From assembly GCA_902774245.1 (NCBI GenBank), contig CACYHQ010000012.1, positions 2,158 through 66,157 on the forward strand: a stretch of 64,000 nucleotides of DNA. Reading direction: 5' to 3'. Positions 16,733 to 24,783 of the stretch are shown piece by piece (positions within the stretch are counted from its first letter, which is position 1; every line of letters begins with the position of its first letter). This stretch comes from an uncultured bacterium. GTDB lineage: Bacteria; Verrucomicrobiota; Lentisphaeria; Victivallales; UBA1829. Both the position numbers and the translations under genes were made by a program. Under the pieces are notes generated by a model that did not search any database, was not told where the DNA came from, and saw nothing but the letters and a program-made list of their open reading frames with translations.

Positions 16733-18124
16733 TCAGAGCTTTTTTCCGACCATCTTTTCCGGACGGACGGCGGCGTCGAACGCGGCTTCGTCGATCAGCC
16801 CGCTGGCAAGCGCGGCTTCCTTCAGCGTCAGGCCCTTCTTGTGGGCGGTCTTCGCGATCGCTGCGGCGTTGTCGTAGCCGATGACGGGCGACAGCGCGGT
16901 CACGAGCATCAGGGAACGGTTCAGGAGTTCGCCGATGCGGACGGTGTCGGCGCGAAGGCCGACGAGCGCGTATTCTGTAAACGAACGGCAGGAATCCGCG
17001 ATGAGGCGGATCTCGGTCAGCAGGTCGAAGATCATCACGGGCTTGAAGACGTTCAGCTCGAAATTGCCCTGCGTCCCCGCCATCGCGACCGCCGTGTCGA
17101 GGCCGATCACCTGCACGCAGACCATGGTCATCGCCTCGCACTGGGTCGGGTTCACCTTGCCGGGCATGATGGACGAGCCGGGCTCATTTTCGGGGAGGAT
17201 CAGCTCGCCCAGACCGCAGCGCGGTCCGCTGGCAAGCCACCGGATGTCGTTCGCCATCTTCATGAGGGCACATGCGAGCGTGCGGAGCGTACCGCTGGCG
17301 GCGGCGATCGCGTCGTGTCCGGCGAGGAGCGCGAACTTGTTGCGGCCGGAAACGAAAGGCAGTCCGGTCAGTTCGGCGATTTCCTTCGCGGCGGCTTCGG
17401 CGAAGCCTTCCGGCGCGTTGAGGCCGGTCCCGACGGCGGTCCCGCCGAGCGCGAGTTCATAGAGTTCCGGCAGAACGCCTTCGATGCGCGCGAGCGCGGC
17501 TTCGAGCTGGGCGCGGTACCCGGAGAATTCCTGTCCGAGCGTGAGAGGCACGGCGTCCTGAAGATGCGTGCGGCCGATCTTCACGATGTCGGCGAACTCG
17601 CCTTCCTTCTTCGCGACGGCGTCGCGGAGTTCGCGGACGGCGGGCAGAAGCGTCTGCACGAGGGCGCAGGCGGCGGCGATGTGCATGGCCGCCGGGAACG
17701 TGTCGTTGGACGACTGGGACATGTTGACGTGGTCGTTCGGGTGAACGGGCTTCTTCGTGCCGCGTTCGCCGCCGAGCAGTTCGTTCGCGCGGTTGGAGAT
17801 GACCTCGTTCACGTTCATGTTGGACTGCGTGCCGCTGCCGGTCATCCAGACTTTCAGCGGGAATTCGCCGTCGAACTTCCCGGCGAGGATCTCGTCGCAG
17901 GCGGCGCAGATCGCGTCCGCCAGCGCGGGATCAAGCCTGCCGAGGCCGAGGTTGGCGAGCGCGCACGCCTTTTTCAGGACGGCGAATCCGCGGATCACCT
18001 CGCGCGGGATGAGGTCGTCCCCGATGTTGAAATGGATCAGGGAACGCTGCGTCTGCGCGCCCCAGTAGTGTTCGGCGGGAACGGCGATCGGTCCCATGCT
18101 GTCGGTTTCAATGCGCTCTGCCAT
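16733..18124 (-). CDS. fumC: class II fumarate hydratase
   Basis: Signature [16 protein letters not shown] (GSxxMxxKxN), 463 aa, aligned throughout in the style of the aspartase/fumarase family. Confidence 0.95.
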   Translation of the reverse strand: MAERIETDSMGPIAVPAEHYWGAQTQRSLIHFNIGDDLIPREVIRGFAVLKKACALANLGLGRLDPALADAICAACDEILAGKFDGEFPLKVWMTGSGTQSNMNVNEVISNRANELLGGERGTKKPVHPNDHVNMSQSSNDTFPAAMHIAAACALVQTLLPAVRELRDAVAKKEGEFADIVKIGRTHLQDAVPLTLGQEFSGYRAQLEAALARIEGVLPELYELALGGTAVGTGLNAPEGFAEAAAKEIAELTGLPFVSGRNKFALLAGHDAIAAASGTLRTLACALMKMANDIRWLASGPRCGLGELILPENEPGSSIMPGKVNPTQCEAMTMVCVQVIGLDTAVAMAGTQGNFELNVFKPVMIFDLLTEIRLIADSCRSFTEYALVGLRADTVRIGELLNRSLMLVTALSPVIGYDNAAAIAKTAHKKGLTLKEAALASGLIDEAAFDAAVRPEKMVGKKL

Positions 18125-18176
18125 TTCGGGCGTAATCCTGTTCGGTTCTGGCTAATACGGAAATAAGAAAACCGCC

Positions 18177-18680
18177 TCAGTCCTTTTTGTCCTGTTCCAT
18201 TCTGTCGATGTCTTTCTTGACGAACTCGACGACCTTCTCGAATTTCTGCACGTTGCCCTCGTCGATGTCCATCAGGGTCTGGTGGGCGTCGAGCACGTTC
18301 CGGGCGTTGCTCTCCGCGGTCGTGGCGTTGGACGCCGCCGCGGCGTCGGACGCGTCGCCGAACTCGCCGTTCTCGAACGCGAAGACCTTCTTCAGGCCGA
18401 GGCCGAGGAGCAGCTTTTCGTTCTGTTCGGAGGCGTTCCAGATCTCGGCCGGGACATTTTTCTTTTTCGCGTTCAGGCCGAGCATGGCGAGCATGCCCAT
18501 GAACGTGCTGTCCATCCAGGTGCATTCCTCCAGGTCGATCTTCAGGCCGCCGAACGGCTCCGATGCGAGCTTCTTCGCGAGCTCGCGGAGCGGCGGGGCG
18601 CAGACGAACGAGGCGTTGCCTTTCACGCGGATGAAGGTCACGGCGTCCTTTTCGGAAATGAATACTTCGCCTTTTTCCAT
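18177..18680 (-). CDS. STAS-domain protein (anti-sigma-antagonist-like) with a ~60-aa acidic/helical C-terminal extension
   Basis: VTFIRVKGNASF...LKIDLEECTWMDSTFMGMLAML resembles the SpoIIAA/RsbV core (DSxxxG). The start is 12 nt after the alaS stop. Confidence 0.65.
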   Translation of the reverse strand: MEKGEVFISEKDAVTFIRVKGNASFVCAPPLRELAKKLASEPFGGLKIDLEECTWMDSTFMGMLAMLGLNAKKKNVPAEIWNASEQNEKLLLGLGLKKVFAFENGEFGDASDAAAASNATTAESNARNVLDAHQTLMDIDEGNVQKFEKVVEFVKKDIDRMEQDKKD

Positions 18681-18692
18681 GGTCGGGTCTCC

Positions 18693-20501
18693 TTATTTCT
18701 GTTCGGCGCCGTCCTTGACGAGCACGGCCTTGATGCGGCGGACGCCGCGGCTGGAGCTTTCCTCCTTCATGATCTTGAAGCCGCCGAGCGCGCCGGTGTG
18801 CGTGGCGTGCGGGCCGCCGCAGATCTCCTTGGAGAAATCGCCCATGCTGTAGACTTTCACGATGTCGCCGTATTTGTTGCCGAAGAGACCGATGGCGCCC
18901 TCGGCACGCGCGGCGTCGGGGGACATCTCGCGGCAGACGACCGGGAGGTCGGCCCTGATCTGCTCGTTGACGATGCGTTCGACCTCGGCGATCTGCTCCG
19001 GCGTCATCTTCTCGGGGTGGGAGAAGTCGAAGCGGAGACGGACGCCGTCGATGTTGGAGCCCTTCTGCGCCACGTGGTCGCCGAGCACGAGGCGAAGCGC
19101 CTTGTGGAGCAGGTGCGTGGCGGTGTGGAGTTCGGCGGAGGCCTCGGAGTGGTCGGCGAGGCCGCCCTTGTTCTGGCCTTTTTCGGCGGTCTGGGAGTCG
19201 GCGATGTGTTTCTGGCGGGCCTCCTCGTAGCCCTTCATGTCGACGGTGAAGTTCTTTTCCTTCGCCATTTCGACTGTGAGCTCGATCGGGAATCCATAGG
19301 TCTCGTACAGGTTGAACGCGTTCTTGCCGGAGATGACCTTGTTCGTCACGAAGTCCGGCACGCGCGACACCATCTTCTCGAACTCGCGGGTGCCGCGTTC
19401 GAGCGTACGCTGGAACGTCTCTTCCTCGCGGTTGAGCTCGGAGAGGATGGTCTCGCGCTGGGCGTTCAGTTCGGGGTAGAAGCCGCCCATGATGGAGATC
19501 ACGACTTCGGCGATCTTCGCGGTGAACGCCTCTTTGATGCCGAGGTTGTTGCTGCCCTCGCGGATGGCGCGGCGGATGATGCGGCGGAGCACGTACTCGC
19601 GGCCGTTCTTGTCGGGCACGACGCCGTCGGCGATGATGAACACGGCGGCGCGGATGTGGTCGGCCACGATGCGTTCGGGCGCGGTCCTGGGCGTGCCTTC
19701 CTCATGCGTCACGCCGCGGATTTCGTCGAGCTTGGCGAAGATCGGGGTGAAGAGCTCGGTCTCATAGCAGTTGTCCTTGCCCTGAAGGATCGCGGTCACG
19801 CGTTCGAGCCCCATGCCCGTGTCGACGTTCTTCTGCGCCAGCGGGGTGAATGTGCCGTCCGCCTGCTTGAAATACTGCATGAAGACATTGTTCCAGATCT
19901 CGACCCAGCGCTTGTCGGAGGGATCGAAGACTTCGGGCGCGGGCTTCGGGCCGGTCCAGTAGAAGAATTCGGTATCGGGGCCGCAGGGGCCGGTGATGCC
20001 GGCGGGTCCCCACCAGTTGTCCTTTTTCGGGAGCTTGGCGATGCGTTTTTCGCTCACGCCGTGGTTGCGCCATTCGTTGTAGGCCTCCTCGTCGAACGGG
20101 GCATCCTCGTCGCCGGCGAACACGGTGAAGCCGAGCATTTCGAGCGGGAATCCGAGGTAGTCGGGCGAGGTCAGGAATTCGTAGCTGAACGCGATCGCCT
20201 CTTTCTTGAAGTAGTCGCCGAGGGACCAGTTGCCCAGCATCTCGAAGAACGTAAGGTGCACGGCGTCGCCCACGTCGTCGATGTCGCCAGTGCGGATGCA
20301 CTTCTGAACATCGGTGAGGCGGGTCCCCTGCGGGTGCTTCTCGCCGAGGAGATACGGCACCAGCGGGTGCATCCCGGCGGTCGTGAAGAGCACGGTCGGG
20401 TCGTTGTCCGGCACCAGGGAGGCGCTGCGGATGACCGCGTGGCCTTTGGACTGGAAGAATTGCAGGTACTTTTCGCGAAGTTGAGCGGCTGTGGTAATCA
20501 T
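18693..20501 (-). CDS. alaS: alanine--tRNA ligase, short form (602 aa)
   Basis: MITTAAQLREKYLQFFQSKGH...FTTAGM...DTGMGLER form the class II AlaRS core. Editing motifs HTATHLLH and CGGPH are present. Start set at ATG 20501; the 902-aa track ORF is an upstream read-through. Confidence 0.9.
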   Translation of the reverse strand: MITTAAQLREKYLQFFQSKGHAVIRSASLVPDNDPTVLFTTAGMHPLVPYLLGEKHPQGTRLTDVQKCIRTGDIDDVGDAVHLTFFEMLGNWSLGDYFKKEAIAFSYEFLTSPDYLGFPLEMLGFTVFAGDEDAPFDEEAYNEWRNHGVSEKRIAKLPKKDNWWGPAGITGPCGPDTEFFYWTGPKPAPEVFDPSDKRWVEIWNNVFMQYFKQADGTFTPLAQKNVDTGMGLERVTAILQGKDNCYETELFTPIFAKLDEIRGVTHEEGTPRTAPERIVADHIRAAVFIIADGVVPDKNGREYVLRRIIRRAIREGSNNLGIKEAFTAKIAEVVISIMGGFYPELNAQRETILSELNREEETFQRTLERGTREFEKMVSRVPDFVTNKVISGKNAFNLYETYGFPIELTVEMAKEKNFTVDMKGYEEARQKHIADSQTAEKGQNKGGLADHSEASAELHTATHLLHKALRLVLGDHVAQKGSNIDGVRLRFDFSHPEKMTPEQIAEVERIVNEQIRADLPVVCREMSPDAARAEGAIGLFGNKYGDIVKVYSMGDFSKEICGGPHATHTGALGGFKIMKEESSSRGVRRIKAVLVKDGAEQK

Positions 20502-20546
20502 GATATGGCTGTCTCCATGTATGTTGTCAAAACAAACAATAATAAT

Positions 20547-20586
20547 ACACCCGTTTCCTCCTTTTTGCAAGTGGAAAAACGGGTGT
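20547..20586 (-). terminator. hairpin between the formyltransferase gene and alaS
   Basis: Reverse strand: ACACCCGTTT (20-nt loop) AAACGGGTGT followed by ATTATTATTGTTTGTTTT. Confidence 0.45.
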
Positions 20587-20617
20587 TTTATCTCAAATTT
20601 GTTTCTGAACCGGCGAA

Positions 20618-21496
20618 TCAGAGGGCGACCGGACGCGGCGCGGCGTTTTCGGAGTATTCCACCGTCTTCACGGGGTTTCCTTCGTAACGCAGCGTGCCGT
20701 CCGGATCCAGCGAGAACTTGTTCCGTGCGAAATCGTCGACCGTCTGCGGGAAGACGACCCAGTCGCCGTGCTCCTTCAGGTTCTCCAGGTTGCGTTCCGC
20801 CGCCTGCATCAGCAGGTCGCCGCGGTATTCCGCGGGCTTCTTCCCCTGACGCGCCGCCTGGCACGCCTTGAGCTCGTCGACGGTCGTGCCCGCGAGGTCG
20901 ACCGGAACCGGAGCGGAAATCCCCAGCACCGGGCCGGAGTCCATCTCCTTCGCGCCGCCGGTGAACGCCTGCGCGATGATCACGCTGCTGCGGAGGCTCG
21001 TGTGGCCGCGGAGCAGAGCCGTCTCGACCGGGAGACGCTGGAGACCCGCCAGATAACGCCGTCCGTCCTCCTCGAGCGTGAGGTCGCCGGGATGGACATT
21101 CAGGCACGGCAGGACGCAGGTGATGTTGGAGAGCGGCACGAATCCTGCGAGGATGCCGAACTGCACGCTGAACGGCATGAGCAGGCGGATCAGCGCGCCA
21201 GTCCACTCCTCGCGCACCTGAAGGGCGCGTTCCGAGGTCAGCGCGATCTTTTCCAGGCCGCGTTCGCGGTAGAATTTCGCGATATCGTGTTCGACCAGCG
21301 GCAGGCCGTACTGCGCCGCCAGGGCGCGGGCACGGCTCGTTTCGGGTTTGTCGGTCACCAGGACGCGCGGGATCCAGCCTGAAAATGCGCCGGACTGCCA
21401 CCCCTCAAGCAGCTTGGCGGCGTTCGTGCCGGTCCCGCTTAAAAACACGGCCGCGGCCGGTTTTTCCGGAAAAGTTTGAAAAAAAGTGGAAGACAT
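20618..21496 (-). CDS. formyltransferase-family protein (PurN-like) with a ~100-aa C-terminal extension
   Basis: FLSGTGTNAAKLL (PurN SGxGSN-like), LNVHPGDL (N-x-H catalytic pair) and EMDSGPVLG (catalytic Asp region). Confidence 0.7.
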   Translation of the reverse strand: MSSTFFQTFPEKPAAAVFLSGTGTNAAKLLEGWQSGAFSGWIPRVLVTDKPETSRARALAAQYGLPLVEHDIAKFYRERGLEKIALTSERALQVREEWTGALIRLLMPFSVQFGILAGFVPLSNITCVLPCLNVHPGDLTLEEDGRRYLAGLQRLPVETALLRGHTSLRSSVIIAQAFTGGAKEMDSGPVLGISAPVPVDLAGTTVDELKACQAARQGKKPAEYRGDLLMQAAERNLENLKEHGDWVVFPQTVDDFARNKFSLDPDGTLRYEGNPVKTVEYSENAAPRPVAL

Positions 21497-21617
21497 GGCG
21501 TTCTTTCATTTGAATTTTACGATTTTGTGTTTAAAATATAAACGGTGATTTTCGTTTCGCAAATCGATTCACCGACTTTTTTCGTTTTTATTCCAAATTT
21601 TCTGCTGGAGACATGAA

Positions 21618-23036
21618 ATGAAGCTTCCGAAATATTCCTCCGTATCCCTCTGCATGATCCTCTGCGCGCTCGCAGTGTCCTCGTTTGCCGCCGACGAAGC
21701 GGCCGACAAACCCGCCCCGGCGGCAGTCCCCGTAGCCGTCCCCGCGTCCGAACAGACTAAGGCATCCTCCTTCGAAGATGTCGAAGCCATGAAAAAACAA
21801 GCCGATTTGGCCGCCGACAATAAGAAGAAGGACGCCGAGGCGAAGGCCGCCGCCGAGAAAGCCAAGAAAGAAGCTGAGGCCAAGGCCGCCGCTGAGGCGG
21901 AACAGATCATGAAACGTCGCGATAAGGCGAAAGAAGAGGCTGCCGAAAAGGCGCAGGCTGCTTTGAAAGCCGAAGTAGAGGCCCATAAGGCGAAGAAGGA
22001 AGCCGAGGCAAAAGCCGCCGAAGAAAAGGCGAAAGCGGAAGCCGAGGCAAAAGCCGCCGAAGAAAAAGCAAAGGCTGAAGCCGAAGCAAAAGCAACTGCT
22101 GAAGAGAAGAAGAAAGCGGCGGAAGAAAAAGTCGCGACCGCGTTCGAGGAACGTTTCCCCGAACTCGCCAAGGCGATCGCCGACGCAAACCTTTCCGCAG
22201 AAAAGAAAGCCGAAGTCGACGTCCTCTCCGCCAACCTCATGGCCAGCAGCGACGCACTCAACGAGGTCACGGCACGCGAAGCAGCCGGGAACGCCCAGCC
22301 CGCGGAAAAACTTGAGGCCGAAATCGAGTGTCTTACAAACTACACGGCCATCCTCGCTGCAGTCCCCTCCCCCGAGAACGAAACGCTCCTGGCCGACAAG
22401 CAGCTTGAGCTCCATACCGCCCGCGAAGACCGTCTCCTCCTCGCCCAGAAGGAATTCGAGGAAGGAAAGATCGATTCGGACCAGCTCCGCGAACTTGAAG
22501 AAAGGTACGTGAAAGCCGACACTGTGACCGAGGCGGAACCCGTGAAGGCCGCAAAGGAACGGAAGGAGCCGTTCTGGGGCTACAAGAAACACAAGCCGCT
22601 CCCCTACCTCGTGATCATCGCGAACTACCGCATCCCGCGCAAGGTGATCGCCGAGTACCTCCGCACGGAATACGACGTGCCGTACATCCTGCTGCCGTCC
22701 AACCCCGGAAAGCCCTCGAAGGACGACCAGGTCTATTTCAGCGGTGGAAAGAAGAATTCCGGCGAACTTGAAGTCGCCATGCCCGCGCCGCAGCTCTCGC
22801 AGTTCATCGCCTATCTCCGCCCCGAAACGGTCATCTTCCTCGGCGACGAGTCCTACATCAACCCGGTGTACCGTCTCGCCGTCCCGGAAGGCGTCCGCAA
22901 GGTCGATTTCTCCGACTCCGAATGGAAGGTCAACACGGCGCGCCTCGACGAGTTCTTCCGCCGCACGCTGAAGACCAACCTCTCCGACCACTATCTGGAC
23001 TACCTGCAGAATCAGGGCAAACGCAACGCGGAGTGA
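21618..23036 (+). CDS. secreted protein with a TolA-like Ala/Glu/Lys helical region and an unknown C-terminal domain
   Basis: Signal peptide MKLPKYSSVSLCMILCALAVSSFA. About 170 aa of KKDAEAKAAAEKAKKEAEAKAAAEAE-type sequence. The C-terminal ~170 aa (PYLVIIANYRIPRKVIAEYL...) carry no motif I recognise. Confidence 0.65.
   Translation: MKLPKYSSVSLCMILCALAVSSFAADEAADKPAPAAVPVAVPASEQTKASSFEDVEAMKKQADLAADNKKKDAEAKAAAEKAKKEAEAKAAAEAEQIMKRRDKAKEEAAEKAQAALKAEVEAHKAKKEAEAKAAEEKAKAEAEAKAAEEKAKAEAEAKATAEEKKKAAEEKVATAFEERFPELAKAIADANLSAEKKAEVDVLSANLMASSDALNEVTAREAAGNAQPAEKLEAEIECLTNYTAILAAVPSPENETLLADKQLELHTAREDRLLLAQKEFEEGKIDSDQLRELEERYVKADTVTEAEPVKAAKERKEPFWGYKKHKPLPYLVIIANYRIPRKVIAEYLRTEYDVPYILLPSNPGKPSKDDQVYFSGGKKNSGELEVAMPAPQLSQFIAYLRPETVIFLGDESYINPVYRLAVPEGVRKVDFSDSEWKVNTARLDEFFRRTLKTNLSDHYLDYLQNQGKRNAE
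21999..22093. repeat. 39-nt in-frame tandem repeat (about 2.4 copies)
   Basis: gaagccgaggcaaaagccgccgaagaaaaggcgaaagcg is repeated at 21999, 22038 and, partially, 22077. It encodes EAEAKAAEEKAKA. Confidence 0.8.
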
Positions 23037-23042
23037 TCCACG

Positions 23043-24026
23043 ATGTTCACGATCTTCCGCCTTTCCATGAACGCCTGCCGGGAGTGCCTGCGCGAACCGG
23101 TGTACTACCTGATGCTGCTGGCGGCGCTGATCATGATCGGGCTGTTCCCGTACTTCTCGATGTTCGTGTTCCGCCAGCAGATCCGCCTGGTCTGCGACAG
23201 CTCCATGGCCACAACCATGCTGTTCGGCCTCTTCGCCGCGGTCCTCTGCTCGGCGCGCACGATCAGCCGCGAGATGAAGAACGGCACGGTCCTGCTGCTG
23301 ATGTCGAAACCTGTGTCGCGGTTCTCCTTCGTAATCTCGAAGGTCATCGGCATTCTGGTCTCGCTCACCATTTTCGTCCTCGTCTGCAACGCCGCCACCT
23401 GGCTCTCCGTCCTGATCGCGGTCGACCAGTTCAAACTGAGCCAGCCGCTCGTCTGGTGCTATTTCGGTGCGATCTGCGCGGCCGCGGTCTACGGCGGCGT
23501 CCGCAACTACATCGGGCAGAAATCCTTCTCGTCCAACTCCGTTGCGGCCATGGTCGTACTGTTCCCTGTGATCGCCGCGGTCTCGCATGTCGTCCGCGTG
23601 AGAACGCTTTCCGACTATCTGCTGACCGACAAGGAAACGTTCATGGCGGCTGACGTCCTGGTCCCGGCCCTGTGCATGCTGTTCTTCGCCGTCTGGATCA
23701 TGGGCGTGATCAGTTCGGCGCTGGCGACCCGCATGGAGATCGTGGGCAACCTGATGGTATGCCTGATCCTCTTCCTGATCGGGATGGTGCTGCATTATTT
23801 CGCGGCACGCGTGTTCGGCACGGGTTCCGTGAGCGCCCTGCTCTGCACCTCGCTGGTCCCGAACTGGCAGCTCTTCTGGATGGCCGACGTACTCTCGAAC
23901 CGCATCCATATCCCCGCGTCGTATTTCGTCTGGACGGCGGCCTACTCCGTCCTGTACTGCGCCGCCTGGATCGGCTGGGCGTTCTTCCTGTTCCAGGACA
24001 GCGAACTGGCCCGCGACACCCGCTGA
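23043..24026 (+). CDS. ABC-2-type transporter permease-like membrane protein
   Basis: Multi-pass membrane protein. SREMKNGTVLLLMSKPVSR matches the E-x-x-x-GT-x-E-LLL-S-KP-ISR loop typical of ABC-2/NosY/GldF-type permeases. Confidence 0.7.
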   Translation: MFTIFRLSMNACRECLREPVYYLMLLAALIMIGLFPYFSMFVFRQQIRLVCDSSMATTMLFGLFAAVLCSARTISREMKNGTVLLLMSKPVSRFSFVISKVIGILVSLTIFVLVCNAATWLSVLIAVDQFKLSQPLVWCYFGAICAAAVYGGVRNYIGQKSFSSNSVAAMVVLFPVIAAVSHVVRVRTLSDYLLTDKETFMAADVLVPALCMLFFAVWIMGVISSALATRMEIVGNLMVCLILFLIGMVLHYFAARVFGTGSVSALLCTSLVPNWQLFWMADVLSNRIHIPASYFVWTAAYSVLYCAAWIGWAFFLFQDSELARDTR

Positions 24027-24051
24027 CCCCGAAACCGGAGCAAGTCACGGC

Positions 24052-24783
24052 ATGATGATCGAAGCGGAACACCTTTTCAAGCGCTACGGCACGCGGCTTG
24101 TGGTCGACGACCTCTCGCTGCACGTGAACGTCGGCGACGTGCTGGGATTCATCGGGCCGAACGGCGCGGGCAAAACCACGACCATGAAGATGATCAGCGG
24201 GGTCATGCCGCCCTACGCGGGCAAGGTCCGCATCGACGGCATCGACATCGAGGCCGAACCGCGCCTCGCGAAAGCCCGCATCGGGTTCCTGCCCGAAAAC
24301 GCCCCGCTCCACATGACCATGACCGTCCGTGCGTTTCTCGCCTACACGGGCCGTCTGCACGGGTTCTCCGGGCGCGAACTCGCCCGCCGCGTGGACCGCG
24401 CCATCGAACGCTGCGCGCTGAAGGAAGCCGCCGGGCAGGAGATCGAATCCCTGTCGAAAGGCTACAAGCGGCGCGTCTGCCTCGCGCAGTCCATCCTGCA
24501 CGACCCGAAGGCGCTCATCATGGACGAACCGACCGACGGGCTCGACCCAAACCAGAAACGCCAGATCCGCGAGCTGATCCTCTCGCTCCGTGAAGAGACC
24601 GCCGTCATCATCTCCACGCACATCTTGGAGGAAGTCGACGCCGTGTGCTCCCGCGTCTTCCTGCTCTGCAGGGGCAAAACGCTGTTCGACGGCGCAAAAG
24701 ACGAATTCCGGGCGAAGGCCGACGCGCTCCACACGGACCTCGCCGGGCTCTTCGCCGTCATGACGGAAGGAGAACAGGCATGA
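24052..24783 (+). CDS. ABC transporter ATP-binding protein (GldA-like)
   Basis: Walker A GPNGAGKTT, signature LSKGYKRR, Walker B LIMDEPTDGLD. Confidence 0.92.
   Translation: MMIEAEHLFKRYGTRLVVDDLSLHVNVGDVLGFIGPNGAGKTTTMKMISGVMPPYAGKVRIDGIDIEAEPRLAKARIGFLPENAPLHMTMTVRAFLAYTGRLHGFSGRELARRVDRAIERCALKEAAGQEIESLSKGYKRRVCLAQSILHDPKALIMDEPTDGLDPNQKRQIRELILSLREETAVIISTHILEEVDAVCSRVFLLCRGKTLFDGAKDEFRAKADALHTDLAGLFAVMTEGEQA

Noticed and set aside
18282-20687. 801-aa plus-strand ORF
   Set aside because: It is antisense to alaS, which has unambiguous class II synthetase and editing motifs. The product is Arg/Gly/Ala/Asp/His-rich low-complexity sequence typical of shadow ORFs in high-GC genes.
18693-21401. 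902-aa track ORF read as a single AlaRS
   Set aside because: The upstream 300 codons overlap the formyltransferase gene in another frame and are Arg/Pro/Gly-rich nonsense. A hairpin (20547-20586) and the canonical AlaRS N-terminus MITTAAQLREKY at ATG 20501 define the real start.
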